A stretch of DNA of 64,000 nucleotides from Sedimentisphaerales bacterium (GCA_963708075.1 OY970194.1:1568001-1632000); one strand, 5' to 3'; shown: positions 32,580-43,298, counted from the stretch's first letter. Notes: generated by a model not told the origin, from the sequence alone. Translations and numbers: made by a program.

Positions 32580-34115
32580 TCAGAACCTGAAATAGATGAA
32601 CGGGTTGTGAGTGCCGGCGGAGAGAAACATCGCGCAGAGCACGAAAAGCGTGCACACACAGAATAGACGACACGCAGAGACCGTCCACTCCGCTGTTCCG
32701 CGTGCGGCGCCCGTGAGCCGGGCCAGTCCCTGGCTCATAGAGCCGGCAAGGGCGGGCAGGAGCGGCATTGAAAACATGATTCCGGCGATCAGCGCGATCC
32801 TGACCTCTCGCGTCAAGTACCAGTCGAGTTCCCGCGTCGTGGCGGCATCGGCCGCGACCCCGAACATGGTCGCCAGGAATCCCGCCGCATGGGTCAGGCT
32901 GGGTGAGGCAAAAATCACCCATCCGCACAGGATCGTCAGCAGAGCATAGACGTGCCGGATCAGGGGATGACGACGGGCCATGAATCTCTGCAACCCCACC
33001 CTCTCCAGGACCAGGAAGAAGCCGTGGTACAGGCCCCAGACCACGAATGTCCAACTGGCGCCATGCCACAGGCCGCACAAGGTGAACACGACAGCCAGAT
33101 TCGCGTATGTGCGCGCCGGCGATCTGCGGTTGCCGCCGAGCGGGATATAAAGGTAGTCTCGAAACCAGGTCGACAGGGAGATGTGCCAGCGCTGCCAGAA
33201 CTCCCGCATGGACTGGGAGATGTATGGATAGTTGAAGTTCTCCGGGAAGGAGAAGCCCAGCATGTGACCCATCCCGATCGCCATATCGGAGTACCCGGAG
33301 AAATCGAAGTAGATTTGCACGGCGAAGCACACGGCGCCAAACCAGGCGATGCTTGGGCTGAGGTGGTCTGTCGGCAGGGCAAATATCTCCTCGGCGGCCA
33401 CGGATATCGTATTCGCGATGAGCAATTTCTTGGCCAGGCCGATCACGAATCGATTGACGCCCGAAGCGAAGAGGCCGACGTTGATTGTGCGGGATTGCAG
33501 TTGCTCGGCGATGTCACGATAGCGGACGATCGGCCCTGCCACCAACTGCGGAAACATCGCAACGTAGCAGGCGAAATCGACGAGGTTGCGCGTCGCACGG
33601 ACTTGGCCGCGGTAGACGTCGATGGTGTAGCTCATGGCCTGGAAGGTATAGAAACTGATCCCCAGGGGCAGCGTAATCCGAATGGCGTCGTGCCAGACAA
33701 GACCGGACAGACCCAGAGCGGTCATCAGGTTATTGAAGCTCTCTACTCCGAAGTTGAAGTACTTGAAGATCCCGAGAATCGTGAGGTTGGCACAGACGGA
33801 AGCGGCCAGGCCGGCCTTTTGACGCCAGTTGCGCGGCCCCTGGAGCGGCAGTTGCTGAACATCGCCGGATCGATAGGCGCCCGAGATGACCAGGCCGCCC
33901 GCGTAATTGATCAGTATCGACGCGAGGAAAATCCATATGAGGGATTTCTCGCCCCAGAAGTAGAAGACCAGGCTTGAGATCAGGAGAAACACATTGCTGG
34001 CCTGCCACCAGAGCCTGTTTCGAAGGCCGAACAGCGCTGGAGCCACAAGCAGAAAGTAACCCGCCATGACGATCGGCAGGAAAAACAGTACGAAGATCAC
34101 CGAGCTAAAAACCAT
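32580..34115 (-). CDS. MBOAT O-acyltransferase (AlgI-like)
   Basis: LPLGISFYTFQ, GPIVRY, DFSGYSDMAIG, WHISLSTWFRDY, NPFIYFRF. Confidence 0.95.
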   Translation of the reverse strand: MVFSSVIFVLFFLPIVMAGYFLLVAPALFGLRNRLWWQASNVFLLISSLVFYFWGEKSLIWIFLASILINYAGGLVISGAYRSGDVQQLPLQGPRNWRQKAGLAASVCANLTILGIFKYFNFGVESFNNLMTALGLSGLVWHDAIRITLPLGISFYTFQAMSYTIDVYRGQVRATRNLVDFACYVAMFPQLVAGPIVRYRDIAEQLQSRTINVGLFASGVNRFVIGLAKKLLIANTISVAAEEIFALPTDHLSPSIAWFGAVCFAVQIYFDFSGYSDMAIGMGHMLGFSFPENFNYPYISQSMREFWQRWHISLSTWFRDYLYIPLGGNRRSPARTYANLAVVFTLCGLWHGASWTFVVWGLYHGFFLVLERVGLQRFMARRHPLIRHVYALLTILCGWVIFASPSLTHAAGFLATMFGVAADAATTRELDWYLTREVRIALIAGIMFSMPLLPALAGSMSQGLARLTGAARGTAEWTVSACRLFCVCTLFVLCAMFLSAGTHNPFIYFRF

Positions 34116-34300
34116 GCTTTACAGCCACCATGCTCCCCGGGCTCGATGTTCTCCAATCGCGCGACTGATTCTGCCGCTACAGCCTATACCGAGAGCCCGA
34201 ATCCAATCTGCGGCGTCATTATACGCTGCAGGCATATGCTGTCAACAGCACTTCGATGAGCAGAACGCTGAGTCACGGACAGAAGGCAGAGGGAACGACG

Positions 34301-34328
34301 TTGATTCAACCACCGCGGACACTATAAT
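34301..34328 (+). promoter_or_regulatory. Putative sigma70 promoter
   Basis: TTGATT-16 nt-TATAAT upstream of the 34383 gene. Confidence 0.45.
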
Positions 34329-34382
34329 GGGCGCGACGAGTCGGTATCGTGTGCCAGATGGGTGTACCTTTACGGAGTGTCG

Positions 34383-35021
34383 ATGCGGCCTTTGATCAGA
34401 ATCGACATCAAGAAGATCGTCGACGGCGGCGGGCGTGTTGTCGTCGAATTGGGCTCCGGCGCCAAAGGCGTCGAGAAGCGGATTACCATCGATAAGGTTG
34501 ACCTGCCGGGGGTCGACATCGTTGCGGATCTGGAGAATGGTCTGCCGTATCTGCCTGATCGGTCCGTCGATGAGATTCATTGCCGCAGCGTTCTCGAACA
34601 TATCGAGAATTTCGAAGGTTTGATGGGCGAGATCGTGCGGGTGCTGAAGGACGACGGTACAGCCCATGTCTTTGTGCCGCACTTTTCCAATCCGTATTCC
34701 TATTCCGATTACACCCACAAGCGGTTCTTCGGCCTGTACAGCTTCTACTACTTCGTGTCGCCGGAGAAGCAACTCCGCAGGAGAGTACCGGATTTTTACA
34801 CCACCACTCGGATCGAGATTCTGTCGCAGCGGCTGGTCTTCCGATCGTCATTCCAGCTCCTCAAGCCGGCAAGAAAGCTGATGACCTGGCTTGTCAATCT
34901 GCACGCGTCCCTGCAGCAGCACTACGAAGAGAACTTGTGCTACCTGTTTCCATGTCACGGCATCGAGGTCGTCTTCCGGCCCGATCGGCGCGCCCTCGCG
35001 CCGGCGGCTCAGGCTGAGTGA
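34383..35021 (+). CDS. Class I SAM-dependent methyltransferase (Methyltransf_11-like)
   Basis: ELGSG, DIVADLE, SVLEHI, DYTH. Confidence 0.85.
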   Translation: MRPLIRIDIKKIVDGGGRVVVELGSGAKGVEKRITIDKVDLPGVDIVADLENGLPYLPDRSVDEIHCRSVLEHIENFEGLMGEIVRVLKDDGTAHVFVPHFSNPYSYSDYTHKRFFGLYSFYYFVSPEKQLRRRVPDFYTTTRIEILSQRLVFRSSFQLLKPARKLMTWLVNLHASLQQHYEENLCYLFPCHGIEVVFRPDRRALAPAAQAE

Positions 35022-36106
35022 CTCGCAGCGATGATGTCCGCGACGTGGCGAAGCTCCTTCGGATCGAGCCACGGATGCATCGGCAAGGACAGAATTTCGG
35101 CGCAGGCCCGATCAGTCACCGGCAGCTCCACACCTGACGCTATCTGAGCATACGCCTCCTGACGGTGCACCGGAATTGGGTAGTGGATCTGGCTTTGCAC
35201 CCCCTCTTGTGACAGGCGGCGCTGGAGTGCGTCCCGGTCTTTGGAACGGATGACGTAGAGATGGTACACGTGCTTGACATCAGGCAGCTCGACCGGCGTG
35301 GCGACGTCCGCGTTGCGCAGCATTTCGTTGTACAGCGTGGCCAATTGCCTCCGCCGCTCGTTCCATTCATCAAGGTAACGCAGCTTCACCCTCAGGACAG
35401 CGGCCTGGATCTCATCCAGTCTGCTGTTGACCCCGACCAGGACATGGTGGTATTTGCGCGGCTGGCCGTAGTTTCGCAGCAATCGCAGCCGGGCCGCGAT
35501 CTCTTCATCATTGGTGGTCACCATCCCACCGTCACCGTAGGCGCCCAGGTTCTTCGTCGGATAGAAGCTGAAACAGCCCACGTGACCGATCCCGCCGACC
35601 TTCCTGCCCCGATACTGGGCCCCGTGCGCCTGGCAAGCATCTTCCACCACGGACAGGCGGTGCCGCTCTGCGATGGCCATGATCGGTTCCATGTCGGCCG
35701 GCTGTCCGAAAATATGCACCGGCATGATGGCCTTCGTCCGCTCGGTGATTCTCTCTTCGACCCTGGCCGGGTCCAGGCAGAACGTCTGAGGGTCGATATC
35801 GACGAAAACCGGTTTCGCGCGATTTCTTACGATGCCGTCGACTGTGGATATGAACGTGTGTGACGGCGTGATTACCTCATCGTTCTCGCCCACACCGACC
35901 GCTTTGAGCGCCAACAGGATGGCATCGGACCCGGAGTTCAGACCCACAGCGAACTTCGTCCCGACATAGTGCCCGAATTCCGCCTCAAAACCCTCCAGCT
36001 CGTCCCCCAGGATGAACCAGCCGCGATGCAGGACGCGTTCGATCGCCGCTCGAATCTCGCCGGCTATCGCCTCATGCTCCTTCTTCAGGCATACGAATTC
36101 GATCAT
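35009..36106 (-). CDS. DegT/DnrJ/EryC1/StrS aminotransferase (FdtB/QdtB-like)
   Basis: [34 protein letters not shown]. Confidence 0.95.
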   Translation of the reverse strand: MIEFVCLKKEHEAIAGEIRAAIERVLHRGWFILGDELEGFEAEFGHYVGTKFAVGLNSGSDAILLALKAVGVGENDEVITPSHTFISTVDGIVRNRAKPVFVDIDPQTFCLDPARVEERITERTKAIMPVHIFGQPADMEPIMAIAERHRLSVVEDACQAHGAQYRGRKVGGIGHVGCFSFYPTKNLGAYGDGGMVTTNDEEIAARLRLLRNYGQPRKYHHVLVGVNSRLDEIQAAVLRVKLRYLDEWNERRRQLATLYNEMLRNADVATPVELPDVKHVYHLYVIRSKDRDALQRRLSQEGVQSQIHYPIPVHRQEAYAQIASGVELPVTDRACAEILSLPMHPWLDPKELRHVADIIAASHSA

Positions 36107-36684
36107 GCCCGCCGCACCATGCCTTCTGCGTCCAGGATGTACGCCTGCCCGCATTTGCACCGTGCTGTCGACCCCTCGAAAACCAGGTCCGCCGCACACT
36201 GACAAACGTAGCCTTTCACCCTCGCGGGATTCCCGTAGACGAGAGCGTGATCGGGGACATCCCGCGTTACGACGCTGCCCGCGCCGATTATCGCCCACCG
36301 CCCGATGGTGACGCCGCATACCACCGTGGCATTGGCCCCGACACTGGCGCCCGTCCGGATACGGGTCTTCGTGTATTCACTGGGATATGCCTTGCTTCGT
36401 GGGCGGATGTCATTCGTGAATGTGGCATTGGGGCCGATGAAGACGTTGTCCTCCAGGATCAAGCCATCCCACAGGTACACGCCGCACTTGATCGTCACAT
36501 GATCGCCGATGATCACGTCGCCCTCGACGAATGTATGATCGCACAGATTGCAGTCCTGACCGATACGAGCTCCCGGCAGGACGTGCGCGAATGCCCAGAT
36601 CCGTGTCCCCGGACCGATGTGCGGCGTCTCGACAATCGCCTGTGGATGGATGTACGCCGTGCCGGTGCTCTTGATCTCAGCCAT
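36103..36684 (-). CDS. Hexapeptide (left-handed beta-helix) sugar N-acetyltransferase
   Basis: [35 protein letters not shown]. Confidence 0.9.
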   Translation of the reverse strand: MAEIKSTGTAYIHPQAIVETPHIGPGTRIWAFAHVLPGARIGQDCNLCDHTFVEGDVIIGDHVTIKCGVYLWDGLILEDNVFIGPNATFTNDIRPRSKAYPSEYTKTRIRTGASVGANATVVCGVTIGRWAIIGAGSVVTRDVPDHALVYGNPARVKGYVCQCAADLVFEGSTARCKCGQAYILDAEGMVRRA

Positions 36685-37097
36685 GGCCGTCTGCCTCGCG
36701 CGATTCGCTTGAACTCGTCGTAATCGCGTATATAGTCCTTCTCTTCATACAGTTGCGACGCGAGGACCAGGCACACGGAGCCTGAGGAGAAATTGTCGAT
36801 CTCACGCCAGATCATCGTGGGGACGTAGAGACCGTAGTATGACCGGTTCAGATAAAAGGTCTGCCGGGTGGTCCCATCATCCGTGATGACGCTGAAGCTG
36901 CCACTGGCCGCCACGATGAATTGCTCCAGATGCCGGTGCGCGTGCCCGCCGCGTGCGGCCCCGCCCGGAACATCGTACAGATAGTACACGCGCTTGGGAT
37001 CGAACGGGATATGCCGGCCACCCTCGATGAAGGTGAGGTTCCCCCGCTGATCGACAACCTTCGGAAGCTCGATGATCCTGCACACCGACATATCCAT
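36680..37097 (-). CDS. dTDP-6-deoxy-3,4-keto-hexulose isomerase (FdtA/QdtA cupin); natural stop missing, frame runs on to 36513
   Basis: DQRGNLTFIE, RVYYLYDVP, RGGHAH, LVLAS..Y..DYIRDY. Confidence 0.85.
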
Positions 37098-37225
37098 GGC
37101 GGCTCCTTCTATCAAACCATTCCAGACACAGGCATTATACGCATGCCCGACGCGCAGGCAAGATGCGAATCCCCGAGGTCTGAGGGTGCATCGGCCGTCG
37201 TCATGGACGTGTTCCGGACATGCAG

Positions 37226-38620
37226 CTACGATGATCGGCCCGTCTCCGCCGCGCACGAAGCCGCCAGACGCTCCATATCCTTGCGGTGCCCGATTTGAGA
37301 CGTCCATCGCCACCTATGGACAGTGAGCGCATCCAAGTCCGTCAGGACGGGCCCGTCCGGACTAATGAGGATGTTCGAATGTTTCATGTCGCCGTGGGTG
37401 ATGCGGCAGTCGCCCAGTCGTCTCAGCAGGTTCTCGACCTGTGCCATTCGTTCCCGCCGATCCTCCATGCTGACGGCGTCGTCATGGAGGAAATGGTCGA
37501 GCCTGCGGCCCGTGACGTATTCCGTCACGATATAAGAGCACCATACGAGGGGGCCTCTCCGCCGCTCAACATAGGCCAGTGGCTCCGGGGTACTGATGCC
37601 CAGGAAGCGCAGCCGGTGTCCATGGATCCAACTGCGCCGTGCACGTGACATCTTCACCGCGTGGCGCAGGGAATGGATCACTCCCTTGTGGTTATACCGT
37701 TTGATCACAATCTGCCTGCCGTTCCATACTGTACAGCAGACCTGGGACGTATTACCGGCCTTGAGAGCCTTGCCTTGCTCCATCAACTCGTCCAGCCGTC
37801 GCACGAACTCGAGTGGGTCGGCCCCATCGCAGAATGCCCGGTCCAACAAGGCCCGGCAGCCTCCCGCTTTGACCTGCAGATGCTTGCTGTTCTCCCGTTG
37901 ATACTTGCGCAACACGCGCTCGATCGCACGCCTCTTGTCCCGTCGCATGAGGGTGTCCAGGACGGCTTCATCCGATGGATGCCGGGGCCAGCCGCGCACT
38001 TGAAGGTACTCCTGGAGGATGAGACAAGTGGGCAGACGGCGTTCGTCAGGCAGGCCCGACAGGAACTCCGCCAACTGTAACAGACCTCTCCTTCTGCCAA
38101 TCGGCCGGGACTCAAACCGGATCTGCCCCGGATCGATGGCCACGATCCGGTCGCCCTGGACGAGGAAGTTGTTCAGATTCGGATCCTTCTGTAACACTCC
38201 TTTGCCATGACAGTGCGCCAGTTCCTGACACAGCCGTACCGCGTCCTCAAGGGCCACAGGATGATTACAAGCCGTTACCAGAGACTCTCGCAACGAGCGA
38301 GCGTCGGTAATCCTCTCGATCACGATCGCCCAATCACCTTTGTCTGTCCTGCCATGCAACAAACCCATGGGGGCGTCTATGCCTCGCTCGCGCAACTCCC
38401 TCAGGCCCCACCACTCCCGTCGCAGGTGCCGACGAGCATGAAACCGACTGGCGAATACCTTGACGATTACCGGCCTGTCGTTCCACACGGCGTCATAGAC
38501 ATAGCGTTTGCCGGGCACCATACGTAGTAGTGCAATACACGTTAGCTGCTCCGTGCCCGGCGGAGAATCCCGTTCTATCCGCAGATGGAAGGGGCAGTTG
38601 TCCAAAGCATTCCTCGTCAA
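37226..38620 (-). CDS. Tandem-domain LPS kinase (Kdo/WaaP/InaA family)
   Basis: Two kinase repeats: IVKVF..QKDPNLNNF..ID and VIKRYN..HGDMKHSNIL..TDLD. Confidence 0.8.
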   Translation of the reverse strand: MTRNALDNCPFHLRIERDSPPGTEQLTCIALLRMVPGKRYVYDAVWNDRPVIVKVFASRFHARRHLRREWWGLRELRERGIDAPMGLLHGRTDKGDWAIVIERITDARSLRESLVTACNHPVALEDAVRLCQELAHCHGKGVLQKDPNLNNFLVQGDRIVAIDPGQIRFESRPIGRRRGLLQLAEFLSGLPDERRLPTCLILQEYLQVRGWPRHPSDEAVLDTLMRRDKRRAIERVLRKYQRENSKHLQVKAGGCRALLDRAFCDGADPLEFVRRLDELMEQGKALKAGNTSQVCCTVWNGRQIVIKRYNHKGVIHSLRHAVKMSRARRSWIHGHRLRFLGISTPEPLAYVERRRGPLVWCSYIVTEYVTGRRLDHFLHDDAVSMEDRRERMAQVENLLRRLGDCRITHGDMKHSNILISPDGPVLTDLDALTVHRWRWTSQIGHRKDMERLAASCAAETGRSS

Positions 38621-38972
38621 CGATCACTCCACATCACGGGCAAATGACACAGCCCAGCCCTCGCCACGATAGAAAGGAACAAATCGTTTCGTATCGTGCG
38701 GAGGGGCCGGCCTGCTATCGCTTCTGGGCAGCATGTGCCCTTTCGGGCTCCCGAATTCGTTCATGAATAGCATATCCACGATTAGAGTGCCTCAAGGCGG
38801 GATTGTCAACCTCGTCGCAAATATGACGCCCGTGCTGCTTTCCGGGCAGCCCGCCAGGTGAAGGCCGGCCTCTTGCCTGTAACACTGCCATGCAATAGAA
38901 TCTGCATCGGCCTGTATGGGAATTCCGGCAGTGGGCCGGCCGGTGGATCAACGTGATTGGAGAATAGACGAG

Positions 38973-39644
38973 ATGTGGAGAATCCTTGTGCCCGCCGTCG
39001 TTGCGGCATATCTGGTCGGCTCGATCCCATTCGGCGTCCTCATCGCCCGGGCGCACGGCAAGGACTTGCGCACGATCGGCTCGGGCAATATCGGGGCCAC
39101 CAACGTGTCTCGCGCCCTCGGCAGGAAATGGGGCTACATCTGCTTCGGCCTCGACGTGTTCAAGGGCCTGCTCCCCATGGTTGCCTTCCGGGCCATCGCC
39201 CTGCCGCACATCGCTGCGACAATCCACGGCCCGGCGGTGATGGCTTCATGGCTACTCGTCGGCATCGCCGCCATCCTCGGCCACATCTTCCCGGTATACC
39301 TGGGCTTCAAGGGCGGCAAAGGCGTCGCCACCAGCTTCGGTGTCGGTCTGGGCCTGTGGCCCTATTTCACGATCTGCGCCCTGATCGCCTTAGCCGTCTG
39401 GGTCGCCGTTGTTCTGATCTGGCGATACGTTTCGCTTGCCTCCCTCTGTGCCGCTCTGGCATTCCCCCTGTCGCTGATCCTCGGCATCCTCGTCACTCCA
39501 ACGTGGGACAACACGAACCTCTGGCCCCTCCTCATCGCCGCCATCCTGATCCCCCTGCTCGTCATCCTCCGCCACCGCCAGAACATCCACAGACTCCTGG
39601 CCGGCACGGAGACCAAAATCCGTGAAAAACACCGGCCCGCGTAA
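38973..39644 (+). CDS. plsY: Glycerol-3-phosphate acyltransferase
   Basis: GSGNIGATNV, GHIFP..FKGGKGVAT, RHRQNIHRL. Confidence 0.95.
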   Translation: MWRILVPAVVAAYLVGSIPFGVLIARAHGKDLRTIGSGNIGATNVSRALGRKWGYICFGLDVFKGLLPMVAFRAIALPHIAATIHGPAVMASWLLVGIAAILGHIFPVYLGFKGGKGVATSFGVGLGLWPYFTICALIALAVWVAVVLIWRYVSLASLCAALAFPLSLILGILVTPTWDNTNLWPLLIAAILIPLLVILRHRQNIHRLLAGTETKIREKHRPA

Positions 39645-39660
39645 CGCCGCCAGTCAAGTC

Positions 39661-39838
39661 AGTGTGCGACTAATTTTCGTGGGGGGGGGCCGAGCGTCCA
39701 CCCTGTCATCCTGAGCGTCGGCGAAGGATCTGGGCTGAGCGTGGTAACAAGCGTTGGTCCCGTTCGTGGGCCAGATGCTTCGCTTCGCTCAGCACGACAG
39801 ACAAAGGGCTGCTCGCCCACGAAACATAGTCGCACACT
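39661..39838. mobile_element. 178-bp MITE with ~23-bp terminal inverted repeats and a 6-bp target-site duplication (CAAGTC)
   Basis: Left end AGTGTGCGACTAATTTTCGTGGG vs reverse-complemented right end AGTGTGCGACTATGTTTCGTGGG; caagtc at 39655-39660 and 39839-39844. Confidence 0.85.
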
Positions 39839-39863
39839 CAAGTCACGACCTCTAAGATTTAGC

Positions 39864-39893
39864 TTGACGCCGGGAGGGGTGTGCTCCTATACT
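39864..39893 (+). promoter_or_regulatory. Putative sigma70 promoter
   Basis: TTGACG-18 nt-TATACT upstream of 40008. Confidence 0.5.
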
Positions 39894-40007
39894 GAGTGCA
39901 GGAGCCAGGGATCCAAGGCTAAGTCGTTAACGCGCAAGGTGTGCGCATTGGACGGACGGAGAATGTCTGTCCCAAGAGAACCGGGGGAAAAATGAAGGAG
40001 TACTGCG

Positions 40008-41093
40008 ATGAAGCGTGTAAAGGTTCTGGTTATCCTGACAGCATCAGTCTTTATGGCAGGCTCTGCCTTTGCCAGCGAGCCCATCCTGGGGCCGAATGAC
40101 CCGATTATCGCCGTCGATGCCGACGGGATCGTGTCGGCCAGCAGCTATCCGGCGGCCGAAGCGCCGGCCTATGTGCTGGACGGCAATCCCGCTACGAAGT
40201 ACCTGAACCGTGGCGGCGGCGGCAGCGGGTTTATTGTCACCCCGGCCACTGCGATCATGGTGCAGAGTTTTACCCTGACCACGGCCAATGACTCAGCCAC
40301 TCGCGACCCGGCCACATGGGAACTCTACGGCACGACCGATCCTATTAAGAGTCTCGACAACACCGCCGGGACGGCCGAGAGCTGGACCCTCATCGCCTCG
40401 GGCACCGTGGAGTTGCCCACAGAGCGACTGACCGTTGGCCCGGTTGTCTCCTTCGAGAGCTTTGCCGTTTACTCCTCGTTCAAAATGGTCTTCCCGAAGA
40501 CAAAGGGCTCTGCCACGATGCAGGTCGCGGACGTGGCGTTCTATGCCCTGCCCGGCGCACAGGGCCCGAATGTGCTTTTGCCGACGAATCCCATTCTGGC
40601 GGTTCAACAGAGTTGGCAGAGCCGCTATCCGACTAATGAGATTCCGGCCAGATGCATTGACGGCAATGACGCGACCAAGTACCTGAACTTCGGCAAAGTG
40701 AACTCCGGCTTCATCGTGACGCCCTCGATCGGAGCATCCATGTTGGACAGCTTCCAGATCACCACCGCCAACGACTCCCCGGAGCGTGACCCGGTCGTTT
40801 GGATGGTCTACGGCACAAACGATCCGATCACGAGTGTCGACAACAGTGACGGCGTCGCGGAGAAATGGACGCTGATTTGCGGCGGCACGTTGGCCCTGCC
40901 GGACGAACGACTCGCGGCCGGCCCGGTGTATGTCATCGCCAACCAGGCAGAGCCATACACGTCATACAAGACGGTGTTCGAAACCGTGAAGGACGCGGCC
41001 AAAGCCAACTCGATGCAGATTGCCGAGATTCAGTTCTTCGGCATCCCGGTTCCGCCAGTGGAGCCCCCTGTGGAGCCCCCGGTACAGCCATAA
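40008..41093 (+). CDS. Secreted protein with two tandem discoidin/galactose-binding-like domains and a Pro-rich tail
   Basis: Signal peptide; DGNxATKYLN..GFIVTP..TTANDS..RDP..W..YGT occurs twice; ends PPVEPPVEPPVQP; RBS aaggag. Confidence 0.8.
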   Translation: MKRVKVLVILTASVFMAGSAFASEPILGPNDPIIAVDADGIVSASSYPAAEAPAYVLDGNPATKYLNRGGGGSGFIVTPATAIMVQSFTLTTANDSATRDPATWELYGTTDPIKSLDNTAGTAESWTLIASGTVELPTERLTVGPVVSFESFAVYSSFKMVFPKTKGSATMQVADVAFYALPGAQGPNVLLPTNPILAVQQSWQSRYPTNEIPARCIDGNDATKYLNFGKVNSGFIVTPSIGASMLDSFQITTANDSPERDPVVWMVYGTNDPITSVDNSDGVAEKWTLICGGTLALPDERLAAGPVYVIANQAEPYTSYKTVFETVKDAAKANSMQIAEIQFFGIPVPPVEPPVEPPVQP

Positions 41094-41150
41094 CCAACGA
41101 GCAATCCCGGCATCCGAGTTCAATTGGATTCTGGGGACCGCGTAGAATAG

Positions 41151-41249
41151 AACGGCGGTCCGTTAAGTCGGCAGGCATGTGCGGAATCTTCGTTTCCGAC
41201 CCGGAAACGAGGATCGGTACGGCAGGCATGACTTTAACGGACCGCCGTT
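41151..41249. repeat. Nested palindromic element (~100 bp)
   Basis: aacggcggtccgttaa/ttaacggaccgccgtt outer arms; tcgtttccg/cggaaacga inner arms; cggcaggcatg direct repeat. Confidence 0.75.
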
Positions 41250-41457
41250 TGACATATCATACTCATTTCTCCCCGTATGAACTGCCTTCAGAGGGCAAGG
41301 AAACGCTTGCCTTTGGCTGCAGCGAAGGTACCATAGGTCACGGAGTCGGCGGCGTGGAGCAGCAGACCTTGTTGATCGACTGTGCACGGACTCGTCCGTG
41401 ACAGGCTGACGCCAATGCCGCCAGGAATCTGCAGAAGTAGTTTTTAGGAGGCCCACG

Positions 41458-42763
41458 ATGAACCACACGAGACGTCACCCGAGTACGGCACAGTGTCTGT
41501 TTGTGGCCACCCTGCTCCTTTTGGGCTGGGTAGCGCCGCTGCTGGCCCAGGACATCATCGGCAACTGGGACATGACGATGGACTTCAACGGAAACAAGTC
41601 CCTTGCCACGCTGATGATCACGAAGAACCCGGATGGCGCGCTCAGCGGCAAATGGGGCGCCTCCGACCTGTCCAATGTCAGACTGGAAGGTGACAAGCTC
41701 ACCTTCACTCGCACCGTAAAGTTCGGGGACAATGAGTTCACATCGAACTACGCCGGCACGGTAAAGGACGGCAAGATCACCGGCCAGTGGTCGAGCGATC
41801 GCGGCGAATTCGAGAACCAACGGCGTCAAAGTAAAGCCGATGTCCCCCGCTGCGGGTGTCTGGGAGCTCAAGTACGCCATCGGAGATCGCGACGTCACCG
41901 CCAAGATGACGATTGCCCAGAAGCCGGACGGCACGCTGGACGTCAAGTACGCCAGCCAGATGGGCGAGAGCGTAGTCTCCAATGCCAAGTTCCAGGACGG
42001 CAAGCTCACCTTCGACCGCACGGCCAAGTTCAACGACCAGGAATTCAAGATGACCTTTGCGGGCGCGATCGCGGGTGATAAGCTAACCGGCGCGTTCAAG
42101 AGCGACATGGGCGAGGTGCCCGTCGCCGGCACCCGGCTCGGCGGTGCACTCATCGGCAAATGGATTCTGACCTCCGTCTCCGAGCGAGGCACTCGCAACC
42201 TGCTGATGACCGTCAACCCGGACCTGTCCGGCCGATACGAGTTCTTCTTCAGCGAGATCCCGATGAAGGACCTCAAGCTCGAAGGCAATCAGGTGACTTT
42301 CACCATCGAGTCCAGCTTCGGCGACCAGACCTTCAAGAGCGAGTTCAAGGGCAAGCTGGAAGACGGCATGCTCAAGGGCCAGATGACCTCGGAGCGGGGC
42401 ACCAGCGAGATCACCGGCAAGAAGCTTCCGCCCGCGACGGCCTCCGCCTCAGTGGCGGGCACCTCCGGATCGTCAATCGTCGGCACGTGGGAGTTCACCC
42501 GGGAAGGCCAGGACGGCACGCGACGCACCAGCACGCTGAAGATCAAGCCGGATATGACCGGAACCTACACTATGCGCGACAACGAAGTGCCCGTGACGGA
42601 CCTCAAAGTCAGCGGCGATGACGTGACCTTCAAAGTGGTCGTGAAGTTCAACGAGAACGAAGTCCCGATGGAGTTCAAGGGCAAGCTGGAAGGCAAGACC
42701 CTCAAAGGCGAGTTCACCACGTCGAGAGGCGCCCGAGAGGCCGTCGGCAAAAAGATCGACTGA
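41458..42763 (+). CDS. Secreted protein with four tandem ~95-aa beta-barrel-like repeats, frameshifted near 41815
   Basis: Signal peptide; four GxW..LTF..FxG...G..LxG units; removing one A joins the two ORFs (FETNGVKVKPMSP). Confidence 0.75.
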
Positions 42764-42802
42764 CCGGTACAATCACGGTCGCGATATTCAGCAGGATGGC
42801 AA

Positions 42803-42885
42803 CCGCAGGGTGTGCACCGTACGCCATGCCCGGCCCGGACAAGAATCCGACGCTCGGGACAGGGCATGCACAGCACACCCTGCGG
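42803..42885. terminator. REP-like palindrome between convergent genes, probable bidirectional terminator
   Basis: ccgcagggtgtgc/gcacaccctgcgg 13-bp inverted repeat; inner catgccc/gggcatg. Confidence 0.6.
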
Positions 42886-42900
42886 GCTGCTTTTGTGGCA

Positions 42901-43218
42901 TCAACCCTGGAAGCCGATGATGCCCTTTTTCTTCGAGATAATCACCGCGCGCTGGCCGGGATCGTCCACAGGATCGGCGGGTGTTTTCTTCGGACGTACC
43001 TGTTTGACTTCCACGTCCGACTCGTCGGCAGCCGCACTATCAGCGGCGGCGGCTTCCGGTGCGGCTGAGCCGAGGTATTTTTCGCGCAACTTGTCCATCG
43101 ACGCGCCGGGTTTGACCGCTTGCCGTACCGTATCCGGCGTCGGCTTCGACGACGAATCGACGATCTCCATGTCCGGCAGGCTTTCTTTCACGATGTCTTT
43201 TGTTGTTTTCTTTGTCAT
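42901..43218 (-). CDS. Small low-complexity hypothetical protein (105 aa), probable partner of the MBL-C25 fusion
   Basis: RBS agaaaggtgg before ATG; same strand and 80 nt downstream of the fusion gene; ends RAVIISKKKGIIGFQG. Confidence 0.75.
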   Translation of the reverse strand: MTKKTTKDIVKESLPDMEIVDSSSKPTPDTVRQAVKPGASMDKLREKYLGSAAPEAAAADSAAADESDVEVKQVRPKKTPADPVDDPGQRAVIISKKKGIIGFQG

Positions 43219-43298
43219 GGTCCACCTTTCTTACAGGTACCCTCATTTTACCACATCGGGCGGCCGATTTTCACAACCAAAATGCTCGTGCCGACGGA

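Noticed and set aside
39681..39689. G9 tract as a phase-variation switch
   Set aside because: Intergenic, inside the MITE, and not in a CDS or promoter spacer.
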